From the NCBI RefSeq assembly GCF_964204645.1, contig NC_134025.1:17211101-17275100 (forward strand): DNA of 64,000 bases, given 5' to 3'. Source of the DNA: Tubulanus polymorphus. Taxonomy: Eukaryota; Animalia; Nemertea. Positions 34,051 through 47,700 of this stretch are shown here, piece after piece; positions within the stretch are counted from its first letter, which is position 1; every line of letters begins with the position of its first letter. The translations under genes and the position numbers were made by a program. The notes under the pieces are model-generated. The model ran no database searches. It was not told where the DNA came from and was given only the letters and a program-made list of their open reading frames with translations.

Positions 34051-37000
34051 CTCAAATATCGTGATCGAATTCGAAAGTGCTTTTCGTCGTATATTGCTAT
34101 TTCAAGAAACCAGCAGAAAGTTTTGCTACTGTTTTTGAATGGCGTTGACATGATGGAAATTTATTACCCATAAATGGGTTACACATCTGGATCACAGCAC
34201 CTCACTTGCCGCAGTGCGTTATTTTCACCGCATAGTAATGATAATACATAAACTTTTTTACTACTTGACTCAAAGCTTGACTCGAATCATCGGAACAGTA
34301 CTGCGTTTGAAAACTCAACGAATAGAAAATATTTGCGGGAAGCGCCTACAAATAAGTTATAATAAGATTAATTAATCGATGCATGAAAAACAATTAAATC
34401 ACAAGGTGACTAACACCCGTCTTTCAACCAATCTGCGCGATACCAATTAATTAAATCATTAAACGCATTGGGTTCCTAATATTTGAAATCATGTGATACA
34501 ATAGTTGTTCTTTAGACTTGGCCACTTTCATTTTAGAAAACCGCGTACTAGACCAGTGGTCACCGAGGCATTAACCATTCCTTCAAGTTTTGAAAATTCG
34601 ATGGTAACGCGGATTCTTCGCCTCTAAAAACTGTTTCGTTAATAGTTTTCTTTATATGAAAAGTGTTCATAGGAATTGAAATTTGGAGTGATATCAGTCA
34701 CAGCTGTAACCCTTTTTCATTGTCAGTTCTTTTTTGGAATTCAAGTAGATTAGTGAAAATATCAATGATGAAGTTCACTTATTATATCAAGTACCGTTTT
34801 TACTGTCGCATGCGAGTCGAAACAAAAAGATCTATCCAACTGCATATCTTCGGGTATAAACTGTGATATCCTTCAGTATGTTATGAATATCTTTAAAAAT
34901 TTGTGTTCTAGTATAATACCCGAAGGTTTAACTATCGGACACATAAAAGATTCGCCATAATCAAAGTTTTTAAGAAAATCTTTCTTCGAGAAAGAAAGAT
35001 CTTTAAAAGAACGATTGGCGTCAAACTAATCCATTATGGACTGTTGTGAATTTATTGAATAATCCACCTGAGAAATTTAAAGATTTCGAAGCGAAATTTA
35101 TTCATATAAATCAAAAATGCATGAATAACTTGACGTTATTTGCGGGTCTCATGAAACACTTTCGTGCGCTCTTTTTAAATCTAAAATAGCATAAATACAT
35201 GCGTGTTTCGTTATAAACAAGGTTAAATTCCAAACGCACATGAAATATGGAGCCTGTATCACACGATATACACATCTTGAATTTTCTCTTACTACGTAGG
35301 CCCTTTCCAAATGGCAATTGTTCAGTTAACGGCCGACATTCAGAGGCACCTAAAAAACCGGTTGTATAGCACTTGAGATTTTCAGTGTAGGGCACATCTC
35401 ACATCGACTCGGCTCGCGGTCGGTGGTTTAATGGGAACACATCTGGTTGTTACTAGTTTAACAGGACGAATTCAGAAAACTTTTTTCAAATGTCTTTGAT
35501 AACTTTTTATCTTCTTAATTATATTTCGCTGATTCCATAGATATTTTTTCATGAAAATTGCTCCAGTGATAACGGATTTAAACATACATGTAAAATGATT
35601 ATTTTCAAAATATTCAATTTTCTCCGATTTTGAAGAAATTCTGACACAATATCATCTCCATTCGACACATGATTTTACTTCGGCGCCTTTGAAGGGAGTG
35701 TCACTTGTTGTTGAGTTCATATTTAGTCAAACAAGAAGATATGCCTGATTCCTTTTTAGAATTTAGATTTCGACGGATATCATCAAATTACTAGAAAGGG
35801 ACAGCAGCTTTCGGTCATCCGCAAAAAAATACCTAAAATGCTCTCCTAGGGTTATGGAAAAACATGTCACGAAACATACGGAAAATCCTTTGTTTGGTAG
35901 ACTGAAATTATTGAACTCTTAAATAGCAACATTCAGAGAAACAAAAACATAAGAATATATTCTCGCCCACCCTTAAAAAAAACAACGTGATTTCAATTGA
36001 AGATGACACGTAGCCTCATATCAAATGATATAAACGCATCAGAGCCTATATATTCATTCTCTTTACGAGGATGGGTCTCCACATTCATAGGATACGATAC
36101 GAGATTCGTGGGTACGAATGATGAATACAACTGATAAAGCGCCAATTTCACTGATTCTTGCACATAAAGGTGTTTTAGAGTAATCTAGTTAACAGGTGTG
36201 TTTTAGGAGTATTTTGAATTTAAATTCAAATCTGGGTTCATGACGAATATTGAGCATTCTAGGGCTGGAACAAGAAACGTGTGGGATCGTCCGCCAATGG
36301 TATCGCCAAAGAAATAATAAGGAGCCAGTCCGTGGCGGCTATTGAAAGCGACGACCGCATGTGAATGCATTGATTGAATGACATCTCAAGTCAGATTATA
36401 TAAAATTAAACATGATATATGGATAGGTTATTCCATATATACATACTGGTAAAAATGATGCCCAATACGTGATATAAATGTTCAATTAAAAAGTAGAAAC
36501 CGAATCCATAATTCAGTCTGGTATTGTTATAACATCAAACACTCAAATTTAATCCTTTGTGAGATTGGTAGCCAGTGTAGATGAGCAAGAATAGTGGTAC
36601 CTAATTTTAATGTGGACTGTTCAATAAGTTGGAGTTTGTGTAAAGATGAATGAGTTTAAAATGGAGTGGAATTTAGATAATACTGTCTATTACTCAATCT
36701 TTTTATTGATCATAAGAAATTGTGGTAAAATATTTGACTCTAGGGTTGGTTTTAGATTGTATCTCTCCACGCCAGAGGTAATCACGGATATTGGACTACA
36801 CAAAATTCCTTGTGTACAGCTCAACTTTTTAAATCCCTGGAAAAGCTCGCCACGGATATATCTCAGTAATGATTAATTTTCCCACAAATTCTCCCCTTCG
36901 AAAAACCTAAACAACCAATGTACGCTTGCTCTAAGTTTGCCAATGCACTATTGTTACCTTTTCTAGCTATTTGCACTAGCTGTTTGTCGCAAATAGATTG

Positions 37001-39662
37001 CATCCTCTATTACAGGAGTAAAGGATACAGCTCTGGGACCCGTTTCTCAAAAGAAAGTTTAAATTAACCATCATCCAATATGATACATGACTAAATACAC
37101 TGAAAAAGATCAACTATGTACACATTTCAAATTTCAAACCATGTTTTATCATTAGAAAATTACGACACAACGTTCGATCTCTCACTAGAGATAATCTTTT
37201 TGAATTTGTACACTGAGTTTTCGTATCGTATTAGGCCTATCGTATTTTCAATTCTCTGCTTTTGAGTCAACAAGTACAAAGTTATTTTAGCAATGAAAAT
37301 TTAATTGTCATTATAAATGTTAACTATCCACTGGTAAACTTACTAACTTTTGGCAACTGACCTTAGATCGTGGAATGGTCTCAGGTGGCCAGCTGATCCA
37401 CTCTTTATTTATACTACTAAAGAAATATACAGTATAAGACGTAAAAAGTATATGAACATATTATTTATCTTTATATCGCGATAATTCGTGTACGTATGAT
37501 TGAAAAACGATATTCTATCGAATCTCATGGTACTTATGATTATTGTGTATAGAATCAATAATTAGCAACCTTCCACGGATACGAAGCAGCCTAAGTTTAC
37601 ATCCTACCAAAATTATCCTCGAAACTCTCAGCATTATTTCAAGGGTCGGTCTTAGAAAATATATGAAGGACGTGTTCACAGGTTAACGAGGCCAAAAATC
37701 TTCCCCAAAATTTCAAATTTTTACAAGCAAAGATAATATACTTCATGCTTTTGGTGCAGAAAAAAATACATATGTCCACAAAATGCAAATTGTGTTTTCA
37801 AAGTAAACGATTGAGTGTGGAATTGTTTCGAATTCAAGGTTTTCCCATTAACACTCCGGTATTTTTCAATAAGATAAGTCAAACTATTGTTGTGATGGCC
37901 AGTTGAATACTTCATCATTATATTGAAAGATATGTTATACTTAATGCATCTTTTCTTAGGCCTTACAGCTTTCTCTATTGGTTAGCGTTGTGATCACTCA
38001 AAATTAACCATAAGTTTGAATTCTCACTGATCTACTACATCTCTATAACAAAAATATATTTCATATCAGGCAATTAGCTTTGATCTGTGGTCAGTGGACA
38101 GCAGCTACGAAACATTTAAAACTACTACATTATCATTCCATCTATTCATGTATATATAATATGATATGATATCTTCTTTGTTCAGTTTAAAGGTCTTGAT
38201 CGTAAAAGTTTGACAAGTCTCGCATGTTGGTACCGATACGCACGTTCACGCGAGTGAAATGTGCACGTTACAGGCTCAAATGCGCACGTTACAATTACAA
38301 ATGGAAACGTTGTTCGTTCAAGACCCTACGTAAAAATCTTATGCATTTTAGCGGAATTTCAAAGTTAGCTCGCTACCTACAACAAAAATCGGACAAGACT
38401 TTTTCAAGCGACAAATTTAAATGTAAGAGCTAGTAGTACCAACGAAGGATTCACTTAACATATAAATTACTTATGGGGGTTCTGGTTAGCACTGGTAACT
38501 GGTCTGTACTGGTCAAGCATTGGTCAGTTACACAATTTTTAGATTAATGCCCACATCATATCTAGTTATTTGACACCAAACAACTTAATTGTTTGCAAAA
38601 CAAATAATTTACTATATGGTCAGTACTGGTCATGCATTGGTCAGTTAAAAGACCATAGTCCACGCCACATTTGATACCAAACATGATTGGATTGTGTCGT
38701 TTCGAAAATTTATCTGTTGGGCAATTTGTGGTCAGCCCTGGTTCGTTAGGTTCTTATTTTGCGGGCATTTTATCTCGAACCACCGAAAGACCGAATCACT
38801 AATTAATTCACCAGATCTTTAATTGCTGAAAATGAAGATTAGTGTTTAACTAATAGACCTTGTCTGAACAAAATGTCTCTGGTATGGGTCCTATGGAATC
38901 ATGTCCTTAACTGTACACCGTACTGTATCTTTGTACTGTATCTTTTTATGTTCACTACTACCGTAATTGACTATGATGTTTTCAAGTGGTCTTAAGTAGC
39001 GCTAATAGCCGAAAGTCGTTGATTTATGTGAAATTTACATACAGCGCCACCCGTTGATAGTAAAACTAACCCGAGCAATACGGGTGTTAAATAGATACGC
39101 TTGCAAACCGGCATTCTCATAATGAAAGATACGCTACCCAGGAGAGAAACGCTATAGGCCTACGTACACCATCAGGTTCGAAACCCTGCCGTGGGAGGAT
39201 GCGGTATTGTGATACTAATTGGTGAACGAATTTTGGTAATTTCTAACAAGCGACAAGTTCGCCATCTATCTAACATATCTTGCGATCACACACTCGTTCA
39301 GATATTGATTGAATATCGGTACATTGTGATACTCAACACGTCCTTGCGTATAACGGAAATCATCTAAAATTGCATACAAGCTCCTGTGAACCAACGGATT
39401 ACTTATTCGACAAGTCGGATGAGGAATAACGAAATAGTAAGTGACTGAATGAATTGAGTAGTGTGTGGGCGTCGTTAGCCCCCTTGTTAATCTTTAAAAA
39501 ATTCAAACAGCTCCAATCTAACTGAAAGAAATCGTGTTGGAATGGGGAGGGAGGGCTCAAATAACAATATGACTTATATGTTTTTTAAATTTTTGAATTA
39601 TCTTCAGGAGATATCACGAATTGAGCGAAAAGTGTCTTTGACTTGCTATGTACAGTACCTAC

Positions 39663-41279
39663 CACAGGGACCTGACTAAAACAATTTTTGACCCCAGTAT
39701 CCTAGGTACTATATATAAAGAAACATCGATCAGAAATTTTGAACCGATTTTTACAAACGAGGACTTTTTGGAAAGATTGGACCCTGAACTTACTTCTGAA
39801 TATCGTTATTTCCATTTTAATTGATAATCCTGTTCAAAGCCTAGGGAATGTAAAACCGGGCCGAGATTGAAAAACGGCTCCTCACATTACCGTGGTCGCC
39901 GCATGGTGGCGCCCGCTGATAAGTACCGCACTCAATGCTATAACGCGATGTTTTCTAATCACATTTTTGCGCATTTTAAGAATAACTACAACGCGCAACA
40001 AATATTCTTAGATTAATTACATAAATGTAAGATATTTGGCCTAATTTGCTAGGCTATGTCAAAAGTTTTTTATTTGAATTTTCGTATTAAGCGCGGAGCT
40101 ATGATTAATGGCCGCCGTGTCGCAAATTTGAAACCCGGTTTCGATCTCGGTCAAATTTTGCGTTTGCTACAGACAAGATTATCATTTTAATCAGAAATAA
40201 CGATATGCAGAGGTAAGATTTGAGTCTAAGCTTTCCAAAAAGCCCTTGTTTGTTTCACTGAGAACCTTAGTGTCAGTGGTATATCGCTGACGCGACCCCT
40301 GACACTAAGTCGCGGAAGCCATATACGCGGTGATTTTAAATTCTTTTTAATTCAACTCTAATTATATCATCACTACTCAGCTCTCATTCAACCGATTTCA
40401 AAAAGTAACCCATCATTGCAATCCTCTGATCTTTCTTGTTCTTACTGTTGTGTTTATTTAGTCATTTTGTCATCGTATTTTGTGTATGAAACGATTTTTC
40501 ATGACTTTTCAAATAGGCTATCCACGAGTCGCGCAGAGCGGTATCTATTGTTGTGTTGCTAAGATATTGATTTTTTCATGCGTGTGAGTCTCGCGAGGAA
40601 CCGTTTTTTAGTAAAACAAAAGCGGTACTAAAATATTTCTAGAGGCAATTTCCAGCCACTTGAACTTCAAATATATTCTTTGGAGTGTAAACAATGAAAA
40701 CATAACAACATAAGGTCAGTGTAGGTAGTTTATTTATTGAAATCGGATGAGTAGTTGCCGAGTACTGAGTGGTTAAAGTACCGACTGAGTGCCAGTCGGC
40801 AATTTCGACGTAAAATAACGACTACGTGACTGGGTGGGTGGTTCACGCGAGCTCTTTAGTATTGGCAGTATACGGAGCTCCGCGAACCGGCCATTCTCAG
40901 GACTGGGTGAATTGTTTGTGAAAATTGGTTCGGAATTTCTGGTCGAAAGCGCCGTTTGTTTTAAAAAATCATGGTCATATTGACTTCCAGGCTGGTGCGG
41001 TACAGACGGATTTTGCTGATTTTTTCGGATTAATCGAACGATTTAACAATCTCAAAGACACTCTTATCTTTCTCAAACCACCCAGTCTAACGCGTTATCT
41101 TAAATTCGTTATCTTTAAGAGTAATCTTACTTGAAGCGGATTGGATTATCAATAACGAAGTTACGAACTGGTGAAGTGACATACCTATCGACCGATCTGA
41201 CGGAGAGTTGGCTCCCTTGTTTTCTTATATATAGTACCTAGGATACTGGGGTCAAAATTTTTTTGGTCAGGTCCCTGTG
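39663..41279. mobile_element. Non-autonomous CAC-ended TIR element (Chapaev/Transib-like)
   Basis: CACAGGGACCTGAC..TTTGACCCCAGTATCCTAGGTACTATATATAA with its inverse at 41225-41279; TAC on both flanks. Confidence 0.8.
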
Positions 41280-41403
41280 TACCGTACAATACCGGTGGGT
41301 CCTCCTTGTTACCGCGATGACGTATTATTCCTTATCGATTTTAACACTTAATCATGTTATATCAGTAATAAATACGGCGCTATTGCACTTTCGTACCCCC
41401 CTC

Positions 41404-42511
41404 CCAAAAATATTTATTGGTGAATATTACTATTATTTGAAAGATGATTATTATAATAATATCACTTATAGAAATCAAAACAAAATATTAGCAGAATCAA
41501 CTTTGAGTAATTTAGAATCATCTAGAATTAAAAGAAAAAGTAATAGTAATGAAATAGAAAATGTTACCGACACAGAAATAAATCAAAATAAAACAGTATT
41601 TAAACAATGAATTAATGAATTATTTGAAATAATCAAAAATAATTTAGAAACAGAAACAACTTCTGAACAGAATATAACTTCCAAAACTAGTTAACTTAAA
41701 TCAAATAAAGTTCCAATTGAAAAACTTTTACCAAATGGGTTACTTGATGCAACAGATCAAGAATTGGAAGATTTAAATGTATTTTCTGATAAAGCAATTA
41801 GAGAAATTATTAGTATAAGACTTGCATCTGATAAAATTGCGCATGATAAAAGTATAAGAGATTTTAAAATTAGAACTTTAGAAAAAGATAGAACTGATAA
41901 AATTAAAGAAATAGAGCAATTAAAATTAGATAGAGATAATAAAGTTACTGAAGAAATTGAAAAAAAGAAATGCATATTTAGAAAAAGAAAAAGATGATTT
42001 AGAATATAACATAGAATTACAGGAAGAAGAAATTAAATTATTAAAAAAATCCTATGATTATAATATGAATAGATTAAAAGCTATTTTTAAAGATTTGTTG
42101 ATAAAACTAAATTCTGAAATATCATTAAAAGATAGAATAAAATTATTATTTAAACTAGAAGGTATAACAATTCTTTCAATTCTAACAGCTGTAACTACGT
42201 TATTTACAACAATTGGATTAGCTATTTCAAATTCATTAAAATCTACGCCTACACCCAATAAACCTCCAAGTCATAATAATTCTATACAAGATAAAGTTAA
42301 AGATGGTTTAAGAAAATTAGCAAAATATCTATGGGAACTATCTAAAAAATCTACTGCAGCTTTACCCGGAGTTATAGCATCAATTTTTGGTTTTGTATTA
42401 AAATCTGCTGGAAATATTCTTAGTTTTGCTGCTGAACATATTATTTTATTTTTAATTACAATTGTTAGTGCTATTATTTTTGGGTTAGTGAATATGATAA
42501 AAAATAAATAA
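41404..42511 (+). pseudogene. Coiled-coil/TM protein homolog, copy C
   Basis: Matches 24150-25250; stops and frameshifts. Confidence 0.85.
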
Positions 42512-42531
42512 TTAATTTTTTTGTTAAATAA

Positions 42532-43323
42532 ATGAGTGGGAGTTAGGATAGATATATAGATCCTTCTAAGAATTCAAAAATATCTAATGCTATTAAAGCA
42601 GAGAGATCTCATCATATAATTACTCATAACCCTTCTAATATTAATCCTGATGAAACTTTATATGTTAGAATCCCGAGATTAAATCAAAATACTTTTTATG
42701 TTCCAAATAGTATTTATTTGTCAGCTGATATAAATGTAACTGGTAATGATAATAATTATGTTGTAGATAATGTTGGGAGATATTTGATTAAAAAATTAAC
42801 TATAAAGATCGGACCAGAAACAGTTTTCTCATTAGATGATTATAATTTATTTATGCATTACAAAGATTTATGGTTAACAAAAGAAAATAGAAAGAATATG
42901 ATATTTCAAGGCATCCAATCAGAAAACCATAATAAATTAAGATCAGAAGCTAATAATGCAATAATAACTAATGCTACAGATAATTTGATAAAAAAAGATT
43001 TATGGAAGCAAATATAAAATTCCATTAGACTTTGAATTGATAAATAATAATGCACCTTTATATAAATACGCAATTCAAGAAGATATTATATTCGAGATAA
43101 CATTTGCTCCTGTTAATGAAATTGTATTATCAAGTGTAGTTAAAGATATGGGTTATAAATTATCGAATATATGTTTAGAAAATGACACAGTAACTGATGA
43201 AAATATTGCTAGCACAATTCAAACTCAATATCACGAAGGATTTTCATTATTATATGATTATATATTGAAATATTTAAAATTGTAACTATTTGTGCAAATG
43301 ATGAAATAATTAATGAGAATATA
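42532..43323 (+). pseudogene. Major capsid, 5' part (copy C)
   Basis: Matches 25302-26080; breaks at the insertion. Confidence 0.8.
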
Positions 43324-43394
43324 GCTGCAAAGCAGCGATAACGGGTTTTCTGCACAGTCTTTGAATCCTGTTCAATGGTTAACACAGTAGGCGA

Positions 43395-43620
43395 TAATTA
43401 CTCTTTATGATTTCGACAAAGCATTTGATAAGGTACAACATCAGCCATTACTAAACAAGGCTATTAGGAAACAGTATCGATGATAGGTTGCCGAAATGGC
43501 TCAGCATTATATCTGAACGAAAACTTGTAGCCGAAATCAACGGAACGCCTCATCTTGGAATAAGTTGGTCTAACTAGTGGAGTCACGCAAGGTAGTATCC
43601 TAAGTCGTCTTCTAATGTCC
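43395..43620 (+). pseudogene. Short LINE RT remnant
   Basis: YDFDKAFDKVQHQPLLNK and TSGVTQGSIL are readable. Confidence 0.65.
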
Positions 43621-44772
43621 TGAAAAATGACATACACAGTAATCCAAGATATACCAGACCGAGTAAATTTCCAAAACAACCTTAACACGCTGTTCAACCA
43701 AAAAACTTAATGATCCGACAAGAAAATCTTGTACGCTTTTTGTTTGAACCAAAACTTTTCTTCATTCTGAAAGCTATGTTATTGTTGAAATGAAAAACTC
43801 TGTCCCGGCAAAAAATTTGGTTGAGCGAAAACAAATTTTTCGAACGAATGTTTGAATGAAAACAATTCTGTTTCGATTGAACAAAATACTTAATACTTTT
43901 GGTTCGGAGAAAAAACTTTTTACAATATACTTGTTCGAACGAAAAACTTAATGTTCTGACAAGAAAATTCTGTTCAAATTTAAACGATTCTGTTAGATCG
44001 GACGATTGTTCGAACGAAAAAACCTTTCGTTTCAACAAAAAAGTTTGTTCAACTTTGTTCTAACGATTTTTTCAAATTGGTTCAACCGAACAGAATATTG
44101 GTTCGAACGAAATAAATTTTGTTCCGTAGAAAGAATTTACAAGCGAAAGGTCTTTTAAACGAGAAAAAAGATATTTCTTGGGCTCCTTAGTAACTCAAAG
44201 CCGGACGTAGGTTGGCCTTGTGACGTGATGCGATCCTCGCGTTGCATCGCAAGTTTCGGTGCAAATCGGTTGCGATACGATTGTCAGCGACTGTGTGCGA
44301 CTAGTTTCTGCCAGTCGCAAGAGCACGTAGGTCGGTTGTGACAGTCATGTCGCGTTGCAGAAAGTAGAACACGTGCGACTCCTTGTCACTGGCGTTGCTG
44401 ACAGTCACAACCTGTCGCAAGGGAGGATAGGTGGATGAGTCGTTGCGACACAATCGTCGCTGGCGGTCGCAGTGAATGGCCTCGCAGTGAGTCACAAGCC
44501 ATCGCAAGTCCGACCCACCCCCGGCTTAAGTCATAGGAATAAGGGGAATACCAGTTTCATTTATGATGAAAAGTCTGGCTTATAAAGCTGTCTGCTCAGA
44601 CGAAATTTTCAAAAAAATCTTCATTTTTGTCAATAAAATTGATAATTGTGATTGATCGTTACAAGTCAGAACCAGTAAATCACTAATTAACATGCACTTT
44701 AATAAATCTGATTCCTCCTTTACAGTGAACTTAGCTTTAACCTAGTAGAGGCTACTAGCCTATGTAGGCCTA

Positions 44773-47700
44773 GGGTAACTCCACGTAATTTCGGAAGACC
44801 ACATAAGTTTTTTTTCTACAGCATCTCCGCGGTCGCGGAGAGGGAATACCTACGTGGATTAGGCCAAATTAGATATAGGGGAGGTAGGTTGGTATTTCCT
44901 GGGAATTCCACGGGATTCCGCGCCATTTTGATGACGTAGTACGCATTTCTTTCTGGCACACGAAATCAGCGCGGCAGGGCGAAAAAGTCAGTCATGTAAG
45001 TAAATTATTGATTCGCCCCGCTTTTACGGAATTTCGTGGCAGCCGATACGTAAACACTGCCAAGAAGTTCTAGGAAGTCGATAGTTTGTTTATAAACATT
45101 CATTTTCTATCGGAATACGCTCATCGTAAAAAAAACGGCGATTTTCAAGAACTCGCTCGCCTACACATAATTTCGGAAATCCCACACCCAGCTTTCACGG
45201 CTCTTCCACATAATTTCGGAAGTTCCGAAATTATGTTAGATTAGTTACGCGTATGTTTACACAGCTGTTATCCACATTAAATAAGACTGTGATGCTGATT
45301 AGTTAGGCCTATCAAAGAAAGAAAGTCAGGTTTAGAACTATTTTCTCTAGGCTCATTCATTCATGAATTCAGGTAGGGCTACCACCATCCAGATTCAGTC
45401 AAAATAAGATCTTGGTCTAGGCTGTCATAACAAATTACAGAAACAATCTATCCAGGCCTAACGAAATATTTTTTTTACATTTTCTTTCACCTCGGTTCAT
45501 AATAAAGAAGGTCATGTTTTCATTTCTTTTTTATAGAATGCCAAAAGTGTATCGAAAGTGGACGGAAGCTCAGATGCGTGAAGCCATTGAGTCCGTCAGA
45601 AATGGCTCATCAGTTTTATCGGCGGCTAAGAATTTTGCAGTTCCAAAATCAACTCTGCACGACCGTGTTAGTGGCAAAATACCGGCAGATTCAAAACTAG
45701 GCCGGCCGACACATTTAACGGAGGCAGATGAGAAAAAGCTCGCCGATTTTGCCAAAAACAGGGCTGATTTGGGATACGGATTCTCAAAGAATAATTTCCT
45801 GAAATATGCTGGAGATCTTGCGTTGAAACGTGGAAAACCGTTCAAGGAGGTGCTTGTCAATTAGCCAACATCATTAGGATTTGTTATTTGAAAGCATGAA
45901 TTTAATAATGCAGTCTTTTCTTTTAGATTGTCCCAAGTGATCAGTTTTGGGCTGGGTTTAAATCCAGAAATCCGTCAGTAACACTGCGCAAGCCCGAAGG
46001 CACTGCTGCCATCAGGCATCAGTGTATGAATGTAAAAAAAGTGGGGATGTTTTTTGGAGCAGCAAAATGTGCATTGGCAGGACTTCAACCAATGCACATC
46101 TGGAACATGGATGAAACCGGCCTGCAGTTTTCCCATGTCCCTGGGAAAATAGTTGCTAGGTATGAAAATTGAACATTAGCTCAATGATAATTCTAGACAT
46201 TGTGTCAATAGATAGGTAGGCTAATATTCCTCAGTGCAATATGTAGATATATACCTATACATACCCGTACATTTTTTCACTATCATGCATGATTTTTAAC
46301 CAATTTTTTAGTCAAAATCTTGAACTTTCAGCAAATAAACTAACATATTGTATCAATTGTGGCATTTATTATCATAGTTTAATGGAATCAATGACCCTTT
46401 GAATCAAATACAACTGTAAATTTGTCATAAAATGCACACCAAGTCCTCTGAAAATATAAAACAGATATCTCATAAAGGTTTGATAATAAGACTAAGAATT
46501 GTGTTTCATTCACAGAAAGGGAAGCAGATATGTGCAGGCACGCATTAGTGGCAATCGTGAAACTATTACCATCATGGCTTGTGGTAATGCGGCAGGGCAG
46601 ATGCTAGCACCGAATGTAATTTTTAAAGGGAAAACGGCAGCATCACTGCAGTCTGTTGATTCCAATCGAGCACCTCCCGGAACTACAGTGTCTGTTTCTG
46701 AAAGTGGATGGACAAAGCAGGTTACAAATAATAGGCCTATACATAACCAGGAATCAACAACTTACTTTTAATCTATCTAACTTTCCATAATTTTTATCAT
46801 AATAGGGAATCGCAACACTGTGGTTTAAGAAGAGCTTTTTACCAGCAATCGGCCGAGTTCGCCCGCAAGTTTTGATATCAGATGGTCATAATAGCCACAA
46901 TTTCTTAGAATTGGTGGAACTGGCTCGCGAAAATAACATCAAATTAGTTGAACTCCCAGAGCACACATCACACTGGCTACAGCCTCTAGATCGGTAGGTC
47001 TTTTTGCCCTTATTGATTTATACAATCTAATTTAATGTTTACCGCGGCGGTATGTGTTCTTTTTTAGATCGTGTTTTAAGACATTAAAGTCCTCATGGAA
47101 TCGCCTCTGTCAAAACTTCTCAAATCAAAATCCAGGTCGGATCATCAACAAGAGTTGTTTTTTTGAAATCTTTACACCTACTTGGCAGAGTATCTCGCCT
47201 GAACACTTAATTAATGGATTCAGGTCGTGCCGGATTTATCCATTCGATCCTTCTATAATTCCACCAGAGGCATTTCTTCCATCTACAACTACAATTGCAA
47301 CAGTCATTGCTGATGTGAGTTATTTTCTATCCGGGTCATATGATCTTACCAAGTTGTTATTTGAATACAATGATGTGTATTGGTATTCTAGATCGCCGAT
47401 CCTACACCATGTAGTGATGTTCCGTTGTCGGAATCAAATAAGGTATGACTTTTCACACTAAAACATACAAAACGTAAATATAGACAAAATCATTTAAAAT
47501 ATCTTGCAATGACCTGTAACCTTAATTACTATCTAGAATCAATCAACGAGTGAAAATCCATCTCAGGTGTGAAACAAAAAACTTTATTAATTATAGGTTC
47601 ATTGTTTGTTAATTAGTATTATTATTTTACCTGTGTTGGAATAACAGATTCAGATTGGTTCTATTGTGTTCTTTGTTGTTACTTACACCTAATGATTTTA

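Noticed and set aside
33463-34151. Repetitive ORFs on the minus strand, or a CRISPR-like array
   Set aside because: They are translations of a ~109-bp tandem repeat whose units shift frame; there are no unique spacers.
34150-39600. Short ORFs in the inter-element region
   Set aside because: No recognisable motifs or convincing exon chain; probably intergenic DNA with old repeat fragments.
41263-41610. 115-aa ORF as an independent gene
   Set aside because: Chimeric frame running from a TIR element and flanking DNA into the truncated copy C membrane-protein gene.
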